Source of the DNA: Nibricoccus sp.
GTDB taxonomy: Bacteria > Verrucomicrobiota > Verrucomicrobiia > Opitutales > Opitutaceae
Length of the DNA stretch: 64,000 nt
Assembly: GCA_047602425.1 (NCBI GenBank)
Contig: JASGHG010000001.1
Location: 2,208,001 to 2,272,000 of the forward strand
Direction of reading: 5' to 3'
The translations under genes were made by a program, and so were the position numbers. The notes below the pieces were generated by a model. The model was not told the origin of the DNA. It worked only from the letters and a program-made list of their open reading frames with translations, and ran no database searches. This document shows positions 40,241 to 49,718 of this stretch, one piece after another. Each line of letters begins with the position of its first letter. The stretch's first letter is position 1.

Positions 40241-40816
40241 TTACGCTGTCTTTTGGCGGCGTACGAGTAGTCCCACGGCGATTAAACCGAGTCCAAGCAG
40301 ACCGACGGTGGCGCCGCTGTCCGGAACGTTGTTGCCGTAGGCGGTGATGCTGGAGACGTCGCCACTGGCGAGAGCGGGAGCCCCGTCGCCCGTAGCGCCG
40401 TCGTGGGAGTTGAAGAACGTCCACGAGCCTGTGCCATTCACATAGTAGAGATAGTCGGCGGTGCCGCGATCGTCAGGAACGTCACTGCCACCCCAGCTCA
40501 GCACGATGTACTGATAGCCGGTAAGGTTGAGCGTAATGCTATACACATTTGACCCGAAGGCGCTGCCCAACGGGTTGATGGCGTCTCCTTGGTTCACTTT
40601 CACGGTCGTCGAACCGACGTCGGTCGGCACTGGTGCGCCGGGATAGCCCATGGTGTTGAACGTGGCGATCGAGGTGATAGCCCATTGTTTTACGGTGTCA
40701 TCACCGTTGTTGGCGGGCTGCGTGGTGACGGGACTGTAGGCGATCTGAATCGGATCTGCGAAGACCGCTACGGCGAACGCGCCAAAGGCGAATAGCGCAA
40801 GAATTGATTTTTTCAT
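40241..40816 (-). CDS. VPDSG-CTERM (exosortase-targeted) surface protein
   Basis: Signal peptide; C-terminal VPDSGAT + TM + RRQK. Confidence 0.92.
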   Translation of the reverse strand: MKKSILALFAFGAFAVAVFADPIQIAYSPVTTQPANNGDDTVKQWAITSIATFNTMGYPGAPVPTDVGSTTVKVNQGDAINPLGSAFGSNVYSITLNLTGYQYIVLSWGGSDVPDDRGTADYLYYVNGTGSWTFFNSHDGATGDGAPALASGDVSSITAYGNNVPDSGATVGLLGLGLIAVGLLVRRQKTA

Positions 40817-40867
40817 GGTAATGTTAGTTGAGCTAAGCTGGGACAGAACTGGACAATGACTGGCAAT

Positions 40868-40883
40868 AGCAGGCGAAGCGCCA
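40868..40883 (-). promoter_or_regulatory. Sigma-54 (-24/-12) promoter
   Basis: Minus strand TGGCGCTTCGCCTGCT (GG-N10-GC) about 50 nt upstream of the VPDSG-CTERM ATG. Confidence 0.65.
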
Positions 40884-40982
40884 AGTAGGCATCCACACGA
40901 TTTGTACTCCTCATGCTCCAGTCATTCAGAGAAATATATATGTTGGCTGCGACGGCGCCCTAACCGTCTTACTGCGAAAAAC

Positions 40983-40999
40983 CGTAAATCTTTCCGACA
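40983..40999. promoter_or_regulatory. Putative enhancer for a sigma-54 activator (PEP-CTERM-box-like)
   Basis: CGTAAATCTTTCCGACA (YGT-N11-ACA) 100 nt upstream of the -24 box. Confidence 0.55.
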
Positions 41000-41340
41000 T
41001 GAGTCAGCAAAAACTTACGGGAGGCCACTGCACGAAAAGTCGCGCGTTGGGCTCCAGAACAACGCGTGAGAATTTGTGCGCGCGTCATCTTGAGGGCTGA
41101 AAAAAGATAGCTCAACGTATCGCAGTTTTTCTTTTCTCTCCTGCTCTGCGTTCGTAAACAGGTCGGGTTATTCGTGCCGCTTTTTTAAGCCGAGGCTTCG
41201 TGCACAAGCGCATTTTCTCCGATAGCAGGCTTGCTTCCCTGCGTCTGCGCGCTTCACGTTGCTTCATCGCCTGCTTCACGATCCCGCACCTGGAGGGTTC
41301 GGCCTCCTTCCCCACTTTTTAAACAATACATCACATCATC

Positions 41341-42414
41341 ATGTCCAAAGCCGCCCCCGCAAAAACCGCCTCCACCGCTGTCGCCACCGCCAATGCCGCG
41401 CGCGACAAAAACATCGAACTCGCCGTTTCTTCCATCACGAAACAATTCGGCGAGGGTTCGATCATGCGTTTGGGCGATTCGCACAAAATGAAGGTTGAAA
41501 CGCTTTCGACGGGCTCGATCGCGGTCGACCTCGCTCTTGGCGTTGGCGGTCTGCCCAAGGGCCGCATCATCGAAATCTACGGACCGGAATCCTCCGGTAA
41601 AACCACGTTCTGTCTCAGCGTCATTGCCGAAGCTCAGAAAAGAGGCGGTTTGGCCGCGTTCATCGACGTCGAACACGCGCTCGATCCAAAATACGCCCGC
41701 GTGGTCGGCGTGAATCTCGACGATATTCTTATCTCCCAACCCGATTCCGGTGAAGACGCGCTGAACATCATGGAAGCGCTGATTCGTTCCAACGCGATCG
41801 ACGTCATCGTGCTCGACTCCGTCGCCGCGCTCACCACAAGAGCCGAACTCGACGGTCAGATGGGCGACGCCACTGTTGGTGCTCAGGCTCGGCTCATGTC
41901 GCAAGCGATGCGCCGTCTCACCGCGGTCGTTAGCAAAACCCAGTGCGTCTGCATTTTCACCAACCAGATTCGCGAAAAGATCGGCGTCATGTTCGGCAAT
42001 CCGGAAACCACCTCCGGTGGCCGTGCGCTGAAGTTCTTCGCCTCCGTCCGCATCGACATCCGCCGCAAGGACCAGATCAAGACCCCCGAGGGCAAGGTCA
42101 TCGGCAACCGAACCAAGATCAAGGTGGTAAAAAACAAGGTCGCCCCTCCGTTCACCGAGTGCGAGTTCGACATCATGTACGACGAGGGCATTTCCAAGAC
42201 CGGTTCCATCCTCGATCTCGGTCTGGAACATAAGGTCCTCGAAAAGAAAGGCGCTTGGATCGCCTACAATGGCGAACTCATCGGCCAGGGCCGCGACGCC
42301 GCCAAACAAACCCTCAGGGACAAACCCGACGTCGCCGAAAAGGTGATCAAGGCCGTGCTCGAAAAAGTCACCATCACCGGTGGCGCGACCGTCACGGGCG
42401 AGAGCGAAGAGTAA
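41341..42414 (+). CDS. recA: Recombinase A
   Basis: [51 protein letters not shown]. Confidence 0.99.
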   Translation: MSKAAPAKTASTAVATANAARDKNIELAVSSITKQFGEGSIMRLGDSHKMKVETLSTGSIAVDLALGVGGLPKGRIIEIYGPESSGKTTFCLSVIAEAQKRGGLAAFIDVEHALDPKYARVVGVNLDDILISQPDSGEDALNIMEALIRSNAIDVIVLDSVAALTTRAELDGQMGDATVGAQARLMSQAMRRLTAVVSKTQCVCIFTNQIREKIGVMFGNPETTSGGRALKFFASVRIDIRRKDQIKTPEGKVIGNRTKIKVVKNKVAPPFTECEFDIMYDEGISKTGSILDLGLEHKVLEKKGAWIAYNGELIGQGRDAAKQTLRDKPDVAEKVIKAVLEKVTITGGATVTGESEE

Positions 42415-42430
42415 GTTTAGCTCCAACAAA

Positions 42431-43786
42431 ATGTTCGTTAAACGCCGCCTGATCGCAAACCGCCGCGCAATTCTTTGTGTGGCGGCCGTTTTTTCCGCCA
42501 CGGGGCTTGTTCAGGCGGCGGATTCCGCCGACAGCGCACCGGTTTTGATTTCCCGCACCGCCGGTCAGGGCGGCGGTTGGTCCTCGATCGCCGAACTCAA
42601 AAAAGCGGCCGAGGCGCACAATCCACGGGCCTGCGCCCAGTATGGCGACGCCCTGCTGCGCGGCGACGGGGTAAAGCAGGACACCGCGCAGGCGATGATG
42701 TTTTTGCGCGAGGCATTCGACGCTGGCGAACCCAATGCCGCCTTCCGCCTCGGCAAAATTTACGACGATGGCGAACACGCGCCGCAGGATTTCGCGAAAG
42801 CCTTTAGTTATTATGCAATCGCTGCCAAAGCGGGCGTGGTCGAAGCGCAGTACAACCTCGGTGTACTCTACGTCAGCGCCCGCGGCACGAAGCGCGATTA
42901 CGTCGAGGGGCTCGCCTGGCTGATCGTCGCGACAAAAAAAGGCGCCACAGGTGAGGGCGAGGAAAAGACCCGCGAGCAGATGCAGAAAATCAAACTCGGC
43001 CAGCTCATAAGCGCGGCCGAAAAGCGAGCCGCCGCGATTTTGAAGGATCCTTCGGTGGCTGAAGTCAATTTCACCCCGCCAAAACCAGTCGCTCCCGCTA
43101 ATATTTCGCCGCCCGCCAAGGTCGACCTCGGCGACGCGCCATCGAAGCCGGGCACCGTGAAAGTGGCGCCACCGTCCCTCGCTCTGCCTGACGTGAGCAA
43201 AAATATCGAGAGCCGCCTCAACACCACGCAGGAACTCAGCCCGCCCGTCAGCCTTGTTACGCCCCGCCAGACGATCAAAAGCTGGACCACGCTGATGGCC
43301 CTGCGCGCCGAAGCTGCGCAACGCGAACCGATCGCCATGTGGGCGGTCGCCAAGGTTCATCTCGATGGCAAACTGGTACCCGCCGATCCGAAACGCGCGA
43401 TGGAGCTTTTCGAGGAAGCCGCTACCGCAGGCAGCGCCGATGCCGCCTACCAACTCGGTGAAATGTATTCGTGCGACACCTACGTGCCCCACGATGACAC
43501 GAAGGCTTTTAACTATTTCAAACAGGCCGCCCTCGGTAAAGTGCGCCCCGGCTACTATAACCTTGGGGCCTGTTATATGAACGGCTCCGGCACGCCGAAA
43601 GACGTGGTGGAAGGTCTCGCCTGGCTGATCGTCGCGAAAAAACACGACATCGATCCGCACGCCGAAGGCATCGCCCGCATCCGTCTTCAAAATAGCGATC
43701 CCGCGAAAATTCCCCTCGCCGAGAAACGCGCCGAACAGATTCAAAAAGAGCTTTTCCCGGAGCCCAGGAAAGCGGCCAGGAAATAA
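42431..43786 (+). CDS. Secreted Sel1-repeat protein with two modules
   Basis: Signal peptide; AQYNLG/AAYQLG repeats; VEGLAWLIVA occurs twice; Pro-rich linker. Confidence 0.88.
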   Translation: MFVKRRLIANRRAILCVAAVFSATGLVQAADSADSAPVLISRTAGQGGGWSSIAELKKAAEAHNPRACAQYGDALLRGDGVKQDTAQAMMFLREAFDAGEPNAAFRLGKIYDDGEHAPQDFAKAFSYYAIAAKAGVVEAQYNLGVLYVSARGTKRDYVEGLAWLIVATKKGATGEGEEKTREQMQKIKLGQLISAAEKRAAAILKDPSVAEVNFTPPKPVAPANISPPAKVDLGDAPSKPGTVKVAPPSLALPDVSKNIESRLNTTQELSPPVSLVTPRQTIKSWTTLMALRAEAAQREPIAMWAVAKVHLDGKLVPADPKRAMELFEEAATAGSADAAYQLGEMYSCDTYVPHDDTKAFNYFKQAALGKVRPGYYNLGACYMNGSGTPKDVVEGLAWLIVAKKHDIDPHAEGIARIRLQNSDPAKIPLAEKRAEQIQKELFPEPRKAARK

Positions 43787-43840
43787 CGGCGCGCCTTTTC
43801 CTTTGGCGTTTTTGCAGAGACGGGTTTTTGTTCGCGTTAC

Positions 43841-45196
43841 ATGGCCAGCAATCAGGACACCATCGCCGCTCTTTCCACGCCTGTGGGCACCTCCGCCATC
43901 GCGGTGTTGCGAGCGAGCGGCCCGGCTTGCGCCGACGTGACTCGCGCGATTTTTGGGCAACTCCCTTCGCCCCGGTTTGCCACGCATTTCGACTATTGCG
44001 CTCGCGATGGGCAGATCCTCGATGATGTCATTGCGACGTATTTCGCCGCGCCAAATTCCTACACGGGCGAAGATACCTTGGAAATTTCCTGCCACGGAAA
44101 TCCGTTCATTGCGCAAAAAATCCTCGAAGACTTGCTCGAGCGCGGTTGCCGTCACGCTGAAGCGGGTGAATTCACCCGACGCGCATTTTTGAGTGGCCGC
44201 ATCGACCTGAGTCAGGCTGAGGCGGTGATGGATCTCATTCACGCGCGCAGCGAACGCGCTCTCGCCGCAGCCAATCAACAACTTCGCGGCAGCCTCGGTC
44301 GTCACTTGGCGCAGCTGACCGATGACATTCTTTGTGCACTCGCACGCATCGAGGCCTACATCGATTTTCCAGATGAAGATCTGCCCACCGAAGACCGTGG
44401 CATCGTTTTGGACAGCATCGATAAACTCATCGGCGGAACCAAACAACTTCTTGCCACGCAACATTATGGCGATCTCCTCCGCGACGGTATAAAAACCGTC
44501 ATCATTGGCGAACCCAACGCCGGCAAAAGCTCCCTCCTGAATCGCCTCGTCGGCCGCGAACGTGCGCTCGTCAGCCCCGAACCAGGTACCACGCGGGATT
44601 TCATCGAGGAACGCGTGGTGATCGGCCCTCACTGTATTCGCCTAATCGATACAGCCGGTCTTAATCCCTCCCCTGCCCCGCTCGAAAAACTGGGCATGGC
44701 CAAAACGCTCGAGCGCGCCGCGGAAGCCGACTTGTTTCTCCTCGTGCTGGATGCTACGCGTCCACATCCGGGCTTTCCGGCGGAAATCGAGGACCGCCTC
44801 AACGCGGAGAATGCGCTCGTGGTTTTGAACAAGTCCGACCTTGGCGCGCGCGCCGAAGCGACGAAGGAATTGGCAGGCCACGAATCCGTGCAGGTCTCTG
44901 CGCTGACGGGCGCCGGCATCGACGCGCTTACCGCGGCGATTGTCCGACGAGCCGACGCTTTTTCCCAGACTCACGGTGAAGAAATCATCGCGATCAACGC
45001 CCGCCACGCCGATGCACTTCGACGCGCGCAAGCATGTCTCGCGGAAGCTCGCGCCAAGCTCGTGACACAAGGCCCGACCGAACTCCTCGCCAGCGATCTC
45101 CGCGGAGCGCTCGACGCCTACGGCGAAATCGGAGGCAAAATCGACAACGAGCGCATGCTCGATCGCCTCTTTTCCACCTTCTGCATCGGCAAGTAA
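43841..45196 (+). CDS. mnmE: tRNA modification GTPase MnmE
   Basis: DTIAALSTP, SYTGED, GEFTRRAF, GEPNAGKSS, GTTRD, DTAG, FCIGK. Confidence 0.98.
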   Translation: MASNQDTIAALSTPVGTSAIAVLRASGPACADVTRAIFGQLPSPRFATHFDYCARDGQILDDVIATYFAAPNSYTGEDTLEISCHGNPFIAQKILEDLLERGCRHAEAGEFTRRAFLSGRIDLSQAEAVMDLIHARSERALAAANQQLRGSLGRHLAQLTDDILCALARIEAYIDFPDEDLPTEDRGIVLDSIDKLIGGTKQLLATQHYGDLLRDGIKTVIIGEPNAGKSSLLNRLVGRERALVSPEPGTTRDFIEERVVIGPHCIRLIDTAGLNPSPAPLEKLGMAKTLERAAEADLFLLVLDATRPHPGFPAEIEDRLNAENALVVLNKSDLGARAEATKELAGHESVQVSALTGAGIDALTAAIVRRADAFSQTHGEEIIAINARHADALRRAQACLAEARAKLVTQGPTELLASDLRGALDAYGEIGGKIDNERMLDRLFSTFCIGK

Positions 45197-45256
45197 TTCT
45201 GCTTAGGTTCACATGCCCCCATTCAGACGCATGAACTCTGTAATGGTCGGCCAAAC

Positions 45257-45285
45257 ACGTTTGTCATCTATTAGATGACAAACGT
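45257..45285. repeat. TA-W-TA palindrome family copy
   Basis: ACGTTTGTCATCTA-T-TAGATGACAAACGT, perfect 14-bp arms. Confidence 0.85.
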
Positions 45286-45437
45286 ATGGCTGAGCTCTGG
45301 GAATAGCATAACGGCATTAAATTATGGGTCGGCTTCCCCACGAGGGCGGTTGGGAAAGAACTGAGCCTGAAAACCATAGTTATTCTTTGCATCCTAGGTC
45401 ATCGTTGTGCTAACTTTGTGACCAACAGTTATTTAAC

Positions 45438-47324
45438 TTGTTTACTTACAATAAGATACCATTCGACGTGATTGTCTGCGGCGCCGGCCATGCCGGCTGT
45501 GAAGCGGCCTTGGCGGCTGCGCGCATGGGTGCCTCCACCCTACTTCTTACGGGCAATCTCGACACCGTTGCCCAAATGAGCTGCAACCCCGCAATCGGAG
45601 GCCAAGCGAAAGGCCAAATTGTGCGAGAAATCGATGCCTTAGGCGGCGAGATGGGCATCAACACCGATGTTACGGGAATTCAATTTCGCTTGCTCAATGA
45701 ATCGAAAGGGCCGGCCGTTCAGTCTCCCCGCGCTCAGTGCGACAAGAAGGCCTATCAATTCCGGATGAAACACACGCTGGAACTCCAGCCTAACCTTCAG
45801 CTCTTCCAAGCCACCGTCACTAGCCTTATCTTCGAGCACGGTAAAGTCATTGGCGTGCAGACCAACCTTGATGTCACTTTCAAGGCGGCGACCGTCGTGG
45901 TGACCACCGGTACTTTCCTTCGAGGCTTGATGCATATTGGCCAGAACAAGAACGAAGGTGGCCGTCTCGGCGATTTCAGCGCCAAAACTCTCTCAGCCAG
46001 CTTTCTTGAAGCTGGAATCGAACTTCAGCGCCTTAAAACCGGCACCCCTGCCCGCTTACTGGGCCGGAGCATCGATTTCAGCAAGATGGATGAGCAGAAA
46101 GGCGACGCGGTCCCTACTCTCTTCGCTTATCACGACACCCGCGACCCGCGTGATTTGTTCCACGTGGAACAAACCGGCGAAAATGCTCTCGGCTGGGCTC
46201 CGGGTTCCAATCAAGTCTCCTGCTGGATGACTTACACCACGGCTGAGACCGCGCAAATCGTCCGCGACAATCTTCGCAAGTCCGCCATGTATTCGGGCGA
46301 GATCAAAGGCGTTGGCCCGCGCTACTGCCCAAGCATTGAAGACAAATTTGTTCGTTTTGCGGATAAGCCGCGCCATTTGCTTTTCCTCGAACCAGAAGGC
46401 CGTTCGACCAATGAGTATTACATCAACGGACTGTCGACCTCGCTTCCTTTCGAGGTTCAGCTCGAAATGGTCCACAGTATTCCGGGTTTGGAAAACGCCA
46501 TTTTGCTAAGGCCGGCCTATGCGGTTGAGTATGATTTCGCGCCTCCAACCCAGTTATTTCCGTCTTTAGAATCTCGAAAGGTCGAAAACCTATTCTTTGC
46601 CGGTCAAATCAATGGGACATCCGGTTACGAAGAAGCGGCGGCTCAAGGACTCGTCGCGGGCGTGAACGCTGTACGAAAACTGCGAAGTCAACCGCCGATG
46701 GTAATCGGCCGACACGAGGCCTACATCGGCGTGATGATCGACGACCTCGTAACAAAGGGTACGCAAGAACCATACCGGATGTTTACGAGTAGGGCGGAGC
46801 ACCGGCTTTTATTTAACCATGGCAGCGCCGAACTTCGCCTTTTGCCGCACCTTCAGGAACATCGACTCGTCACCGCGAGTCGCTTGGAACGCATCCTCCA
46901 AAAAAAGGAGCGGGTGGGGGAGTGGTGCCAGAAACTCGAAAAACTGCGTCTGACCGGGGCCAATGGCACCCTAGCGGACGGAATGCGCCGCGCGGCGACG
47001 GGCGGCGGTGAGCCGCCAGTTTTGCCGGAAGAATTCCGCTCTTTGCCGCCGGAAGTTCAAAGCGAGGTTTCGTATCGCGTTAATTACCAAGGATACTTGG
47101 CCCGCGAACAGCGGCAAATCGAGAAACTCAGCGAAGTTGAGAAAATCAAAATTCCAACGGGTTTTGACTTCCTTAACCTCCGCGGCCTGCGCAAGGAAAG
47201 CGCGCTTAAGCTGCACCAATTCCGGCCTTACACCTTGGGCCAAGCCAGCCGCATCAGCGGAGTTAACCCAGCTGATATCAACGTCTTAATGGTAAAACTC
47301 GCAGCAGGTAGAACGGTGGAGTAG
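45438..47324 (+). CDS. mnmG: tRNA uridine modification enzyme MnmG (GidA)
   Basis: [57 protein letters not shown] start. Confidence 0.98.
   Translation: MFTYNKIPFDVIVCGAGHAGCEAALAAARMGASTLLLTGNLDTVAQMSCNPAIGGQAKGQIVREIDALGGEMGINTDVTGIQFRLLNESKGPAVQSPRAQCDKKAYQFRMKHTLELQPNLQLFQATVTSLIFEHGKVIGVQTNLDVTFKAATVVVTTGTFLRGLMHIGQNKNEGGRLGDFSAKTLSASFLEAGIELQRLKTGTPARLLGRSIDFSKMDEQKGDAVPTLFAYHDTRDPRDLFHVEQTGENALGWAPGSNQVSCWMTYTTAETAQIVRDNLRKSAMYSGEIKGVGPRYCPSIEDKFVRFADKPRHLLFLEPEGRSTNEYYINGLSTSLPFEVQLEMVHSIPGLENAILLRPAYAVEYDFAPPTQLFPSLESRKVENLFFAGQINGTSGYEEAAAQGLVAGVNAVRKLRSQPPMVIGRHEAYIGVMIDDLVTKGTQEPYRMFTSRAEHRLLFNHGSAELRLLPHLQEHRLVTASRLERILQKKERVGEWCQKLEKLRLTGANGTLADGMRRAATGGGEPPVLPEEFRSLPPEVQSEVSYRVNYQGYLAREQRQIEKLSEVEKIKIPTGFDFLNLRGLRKESALKLHQFRPYTLGQASRISGVNPADINVLMVKLAAGRTVE
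46156..46171. other. parS centromere-like site
   Basis: Perfect TGTTCCACGTGGAACA inside mnmG. Confidence 0.88.
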
Positions 47325-47414
47325 GAGCTGAACTGCCAGAGTAAGCTAACTGCGCACAAGTATGCGCTTAGGTCGGTCTTGCATTAGGAATTATCGGCAG
47401 AAATTGTCCCAAAA

Positions 47415-47439
47415 GTTTGTCATCTATTAGATGACAAAC
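47415..47439. repeat. TA-W-TA palindrome family copy
   Basis: GTTTGTCATCTA-T-TAGATGACAAAC, perfect. Confidence 0.85.
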
Positions 47440-47745
47440 GTTCTGGGTATTGAAGACCTTCGATTTGTGCACGGCGGGGCTGGGGGTCAATGGCATCGAT
47501 CTGGAGTACGCCGATGCCCGAGCAATTGGGAAGAGGTTGCGCTTCGATTCCTAAAAACCATCACGTAATAAAACGCGTTCTCCGTTGAAGCCTTCGTCTG
47601 CTCCTCCGTGGTGTCTTCCACAGGCACCTAAAAGGCAACATGGTAGTTGCATGAGCGGGAGGAGGAGTTCGCTTGTAACATTTGTGAAACGGTGGGGTAA
47701 AATCGCTCGGCATTTGTGACTTGTGGGTTCAGCTTGTCTCACGTT

Positions 47746-48462
47746 ATGGATGCAAAGCCTAAAAAGATTTTGATCGTCGACGACGAAGCGGATGTCACCG
47801 ATTTGGTGGCTTATCATTTGCGTGCCAAAGGCTTCCACGTGGAAACCTTGAACGACCCCAACGGCAGCATTGGAATTGCTCGTACGTTTGTCCCCGATTT
47901 GGTGGTGCTCGATGTGATGATGCCTGACCTCAACGGCATCCAAATCTGTCGGATGCTGCGGGCCGATCCTAAGCTGCAAAAAGTCCCGGTGATTTTTCTT
48001 ACCGCGAAAGCCGAGGAGTCTGATCGCATCCAAGGACTGGAGACGGGGGCGGATGACTATATCTGCAAGCCATTTAGCACAAAGGAATTAGTTCTTCGGA
48101 TCCAAACTATTTTGCGTCGCGTGACCGAGGGCGCGCCGGCTGAACCAAAGCATTTGCAGATCGGTCAGATCGCAATCGATGTTGATCGGCATATTGCCAC
48201 GGTGGCCGGTCTTCCAGTGGAGCTGACGGCGACGGAATTTAAATTGCTACGATTGCTGATGGAGCGTCGCGGTCGAGTGCAGACGCGTGAGCATCTTTTG
48301 ATCAACGTCTGGAATTACGAAACGGAAATCGAGACACGCACGGTCGACACGCATGTACGGCGTCTGCGCGAAAAGCTGGGTGCGGAGGCTGCTTGGATTG
48401 AAACCATACGCGGGGTAGGGTATCGCATGGCGGATCGAAAATCCGACGCATGTGTATCCTGA
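47746..48462 (+). CDS. OmpR/PhoB-family response regulator (PhoB-like)
   Basis: ILIVDDE, LDVMMP, GADDYICKPF, LTATEFKLL, TRTVDTHVRRLREKL. Confidence 0.92.
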   Translation: MDAKPKKILIVDDEADVTDLVAYHLRAKGFHVETLNDPNGSIGIARTFVPDLVVLDVMMPDLNGIQICRMLRADPKLQKVPVIFLTAKAEESDRIQGLETGADDYICKPFSTKELVLRIQTILRRVTEGAPAEPKHLQIGQIAIDVDRHIATVAGLPVELTATEFKLLRLLMERRGRVQTREHLLINVWNYETEIETRTVDTHVRRLREKLGAEAAWIETIRGVGYRMADRKSDACVS

Positions 48463-49718
48463 TTTCAATTACGCTCGGCCTCGCCTTGGTGGCAGCCCTT
48501 GTGGCTTTGTGGCGGCAGCACCGGTTGATGCGCCAACTGCACACCGCGCTGCTCAACCGCCAGCCGATCCTGAGCGAGTCCCTCCGGACCGGCGGCGATC
48601 ATGATTGGAATCACGTTTCGCAGGCCGCAAATGACTTGATTGCGGAATTCGGTCGGTTGCAGCAAATCCGTTCCGGGCAATTAACGCAGTTGGAGGCGAC
48701 GCTCGGAAGTTTGCAGGAGGCGGTCTTGATCGTCGATTCGGGCAACCGAATTATTCTGGCGAACAATGCGATGCAGGAAATTTTTCCGCGCGCGGCGAAT
48801 ATTCTTGGCCAACGCCTGGAGCAGGTCCTGCAAAGTGCGGCGTTTCTTCAATACGTGGACGATGTACGCAAAGGCGAAGCCCAGCCGCAGTATGAAATCG
48901 AGTTTGCCGAAGGGAATCGCGCGATTTGGGTCGAAGCCACCGGCACGAAAATTCCTTCTCTGGGCGCCGATAAAAATCCGTGGGCGCTCTTTGTATTGCA
49001 CGATATCACCAAGCAGAAAAAACTTGAGGCGGTGCGAAAGGATTTCGTTGCGAACGTCTCGCACGAACTGCGCACGCCGCTCAGTGTGATCAAAGGTTAC
49101 GTCGAGACTTTGGTCGATGACCACCAGACGATCCCCATCGAAGACCGCGAACGTTTCCTCCGCACGATCCAGCGGCATACGGAACGCTTGAACTCTTTGC
49201 TGGACGATTTGCTGGTTTTGTCGCGCTTGGAATCGATCAACCCGGGCCTGCGCCGCGAGTCGACCAACTTGGCTGATATTTTGCGCACCGTTATCGAGGA
49301 CTTCCGCGCGCGTCCGTCGGCGGCTGAGCACAAGATTGCCGCGACCTTCGCACCGATGATCGGGCCGCTGCTCATCGATCCATTGAAAATCACGCAGGTC
49401 TTGGAAAACCTAATCGACAACGCGCTCAAGTACACGCCCAAAGGTTCGCAGATCGACGTTTCAGCCAGTGTGCGCGAAGGAATGATCGAGATGAGCGTGC
49501 GCGATAACGGCCCGGGGATTCCCGCAGCGGACCTGCCGCATATTTTCGAGCGTTTTTATCGGGTGGACAAAGGTCGCTCGCGGGAAAAAGGCGGCACGGG
49601 TCTTGGTTTGAGCATTGTCAAACATATCGTGCAGCTTCACGGCGGCCAGGTGCGCGTCGAAAGCACACTGGGGCAGGGGACGACCTTCTGCTTTTCTTTG
49701 CAGCAACGAAGTGGTTAG
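48450..49718 (+). CDS. PhoR-like PAS sensor histidine kinase
   Basis: RKDFVANVSHELRTPL, NLIDNALKY, IFERFYRVDKGRSREKGGTGLGLSIVKH. Confidence 0.92.
   Translation: MCILISITLGLALVAALVALWRQHRLMRQLHTALLNRQPILSESLRTGGDHDWNHVSQAANDLIAEFGRLQQIRSGQLTQLEATLGSLQEAVLIVDSGNRIILANNAMQEIFPRAANILGQRLEQVLQSAAFLQYVDDVRKGEAQPQYEIEFAEGNRAIWVEATGTKIPSLGADKNPWALFVLHDITKQKKLEAVRKDFVANVSHELRTPLSVIKGYVETLVDDHQTIPIEDRERFLRTIQRHTERLNSLLDDLLVLSRLESINPGLRRESTNLADILRTVIEDFRARPSAAEHKIAATFAPMIGPLLIDPLKITQVLENLIDNALKYTPKGSQIDVSASVREGMIEMSVRDNGPGIPAADLPHIFERFYRVDKGRSREKGGTGLGLSIVKHIVQLHGGQVRVESTLGQGTTFCFSLQQRSG

Noticed and set aside
41091..41120. Fourth TGAGGG...CGTA promoter candidate upstream of recA
   Set aside because: Spacer is 2 nt longer than in the three metal-locus copies
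41100..41340. SOS box upstream of recA
   Set aside because: No match to TGTTC-N4-GAACA or CTGT-N8-ACAG; nearest CGTTCGTAAACA has the wrong spacing
41254..42501. 415-aa minus-strand ORF
   Set aside because: Antisense shadow of recA
42392..44632. 746-aa minus-strand ORF
   Set aside because: Antisense shadow of the Sel1 gene and mnmE; no recognisable motifs
47675..47690. Pho-box-like GTAAC-N6-GAAAC upstream of the PhoB-like gene
   Set aside because: Only two weak half-sites; not distinguishable from chance by eye
47831..47846. Second parS-like site GCTTCCACGTGGAAAC in the PhoB-like gene
   Set aside because: Four outer positions mismatch the parS consensus; may be coincidental
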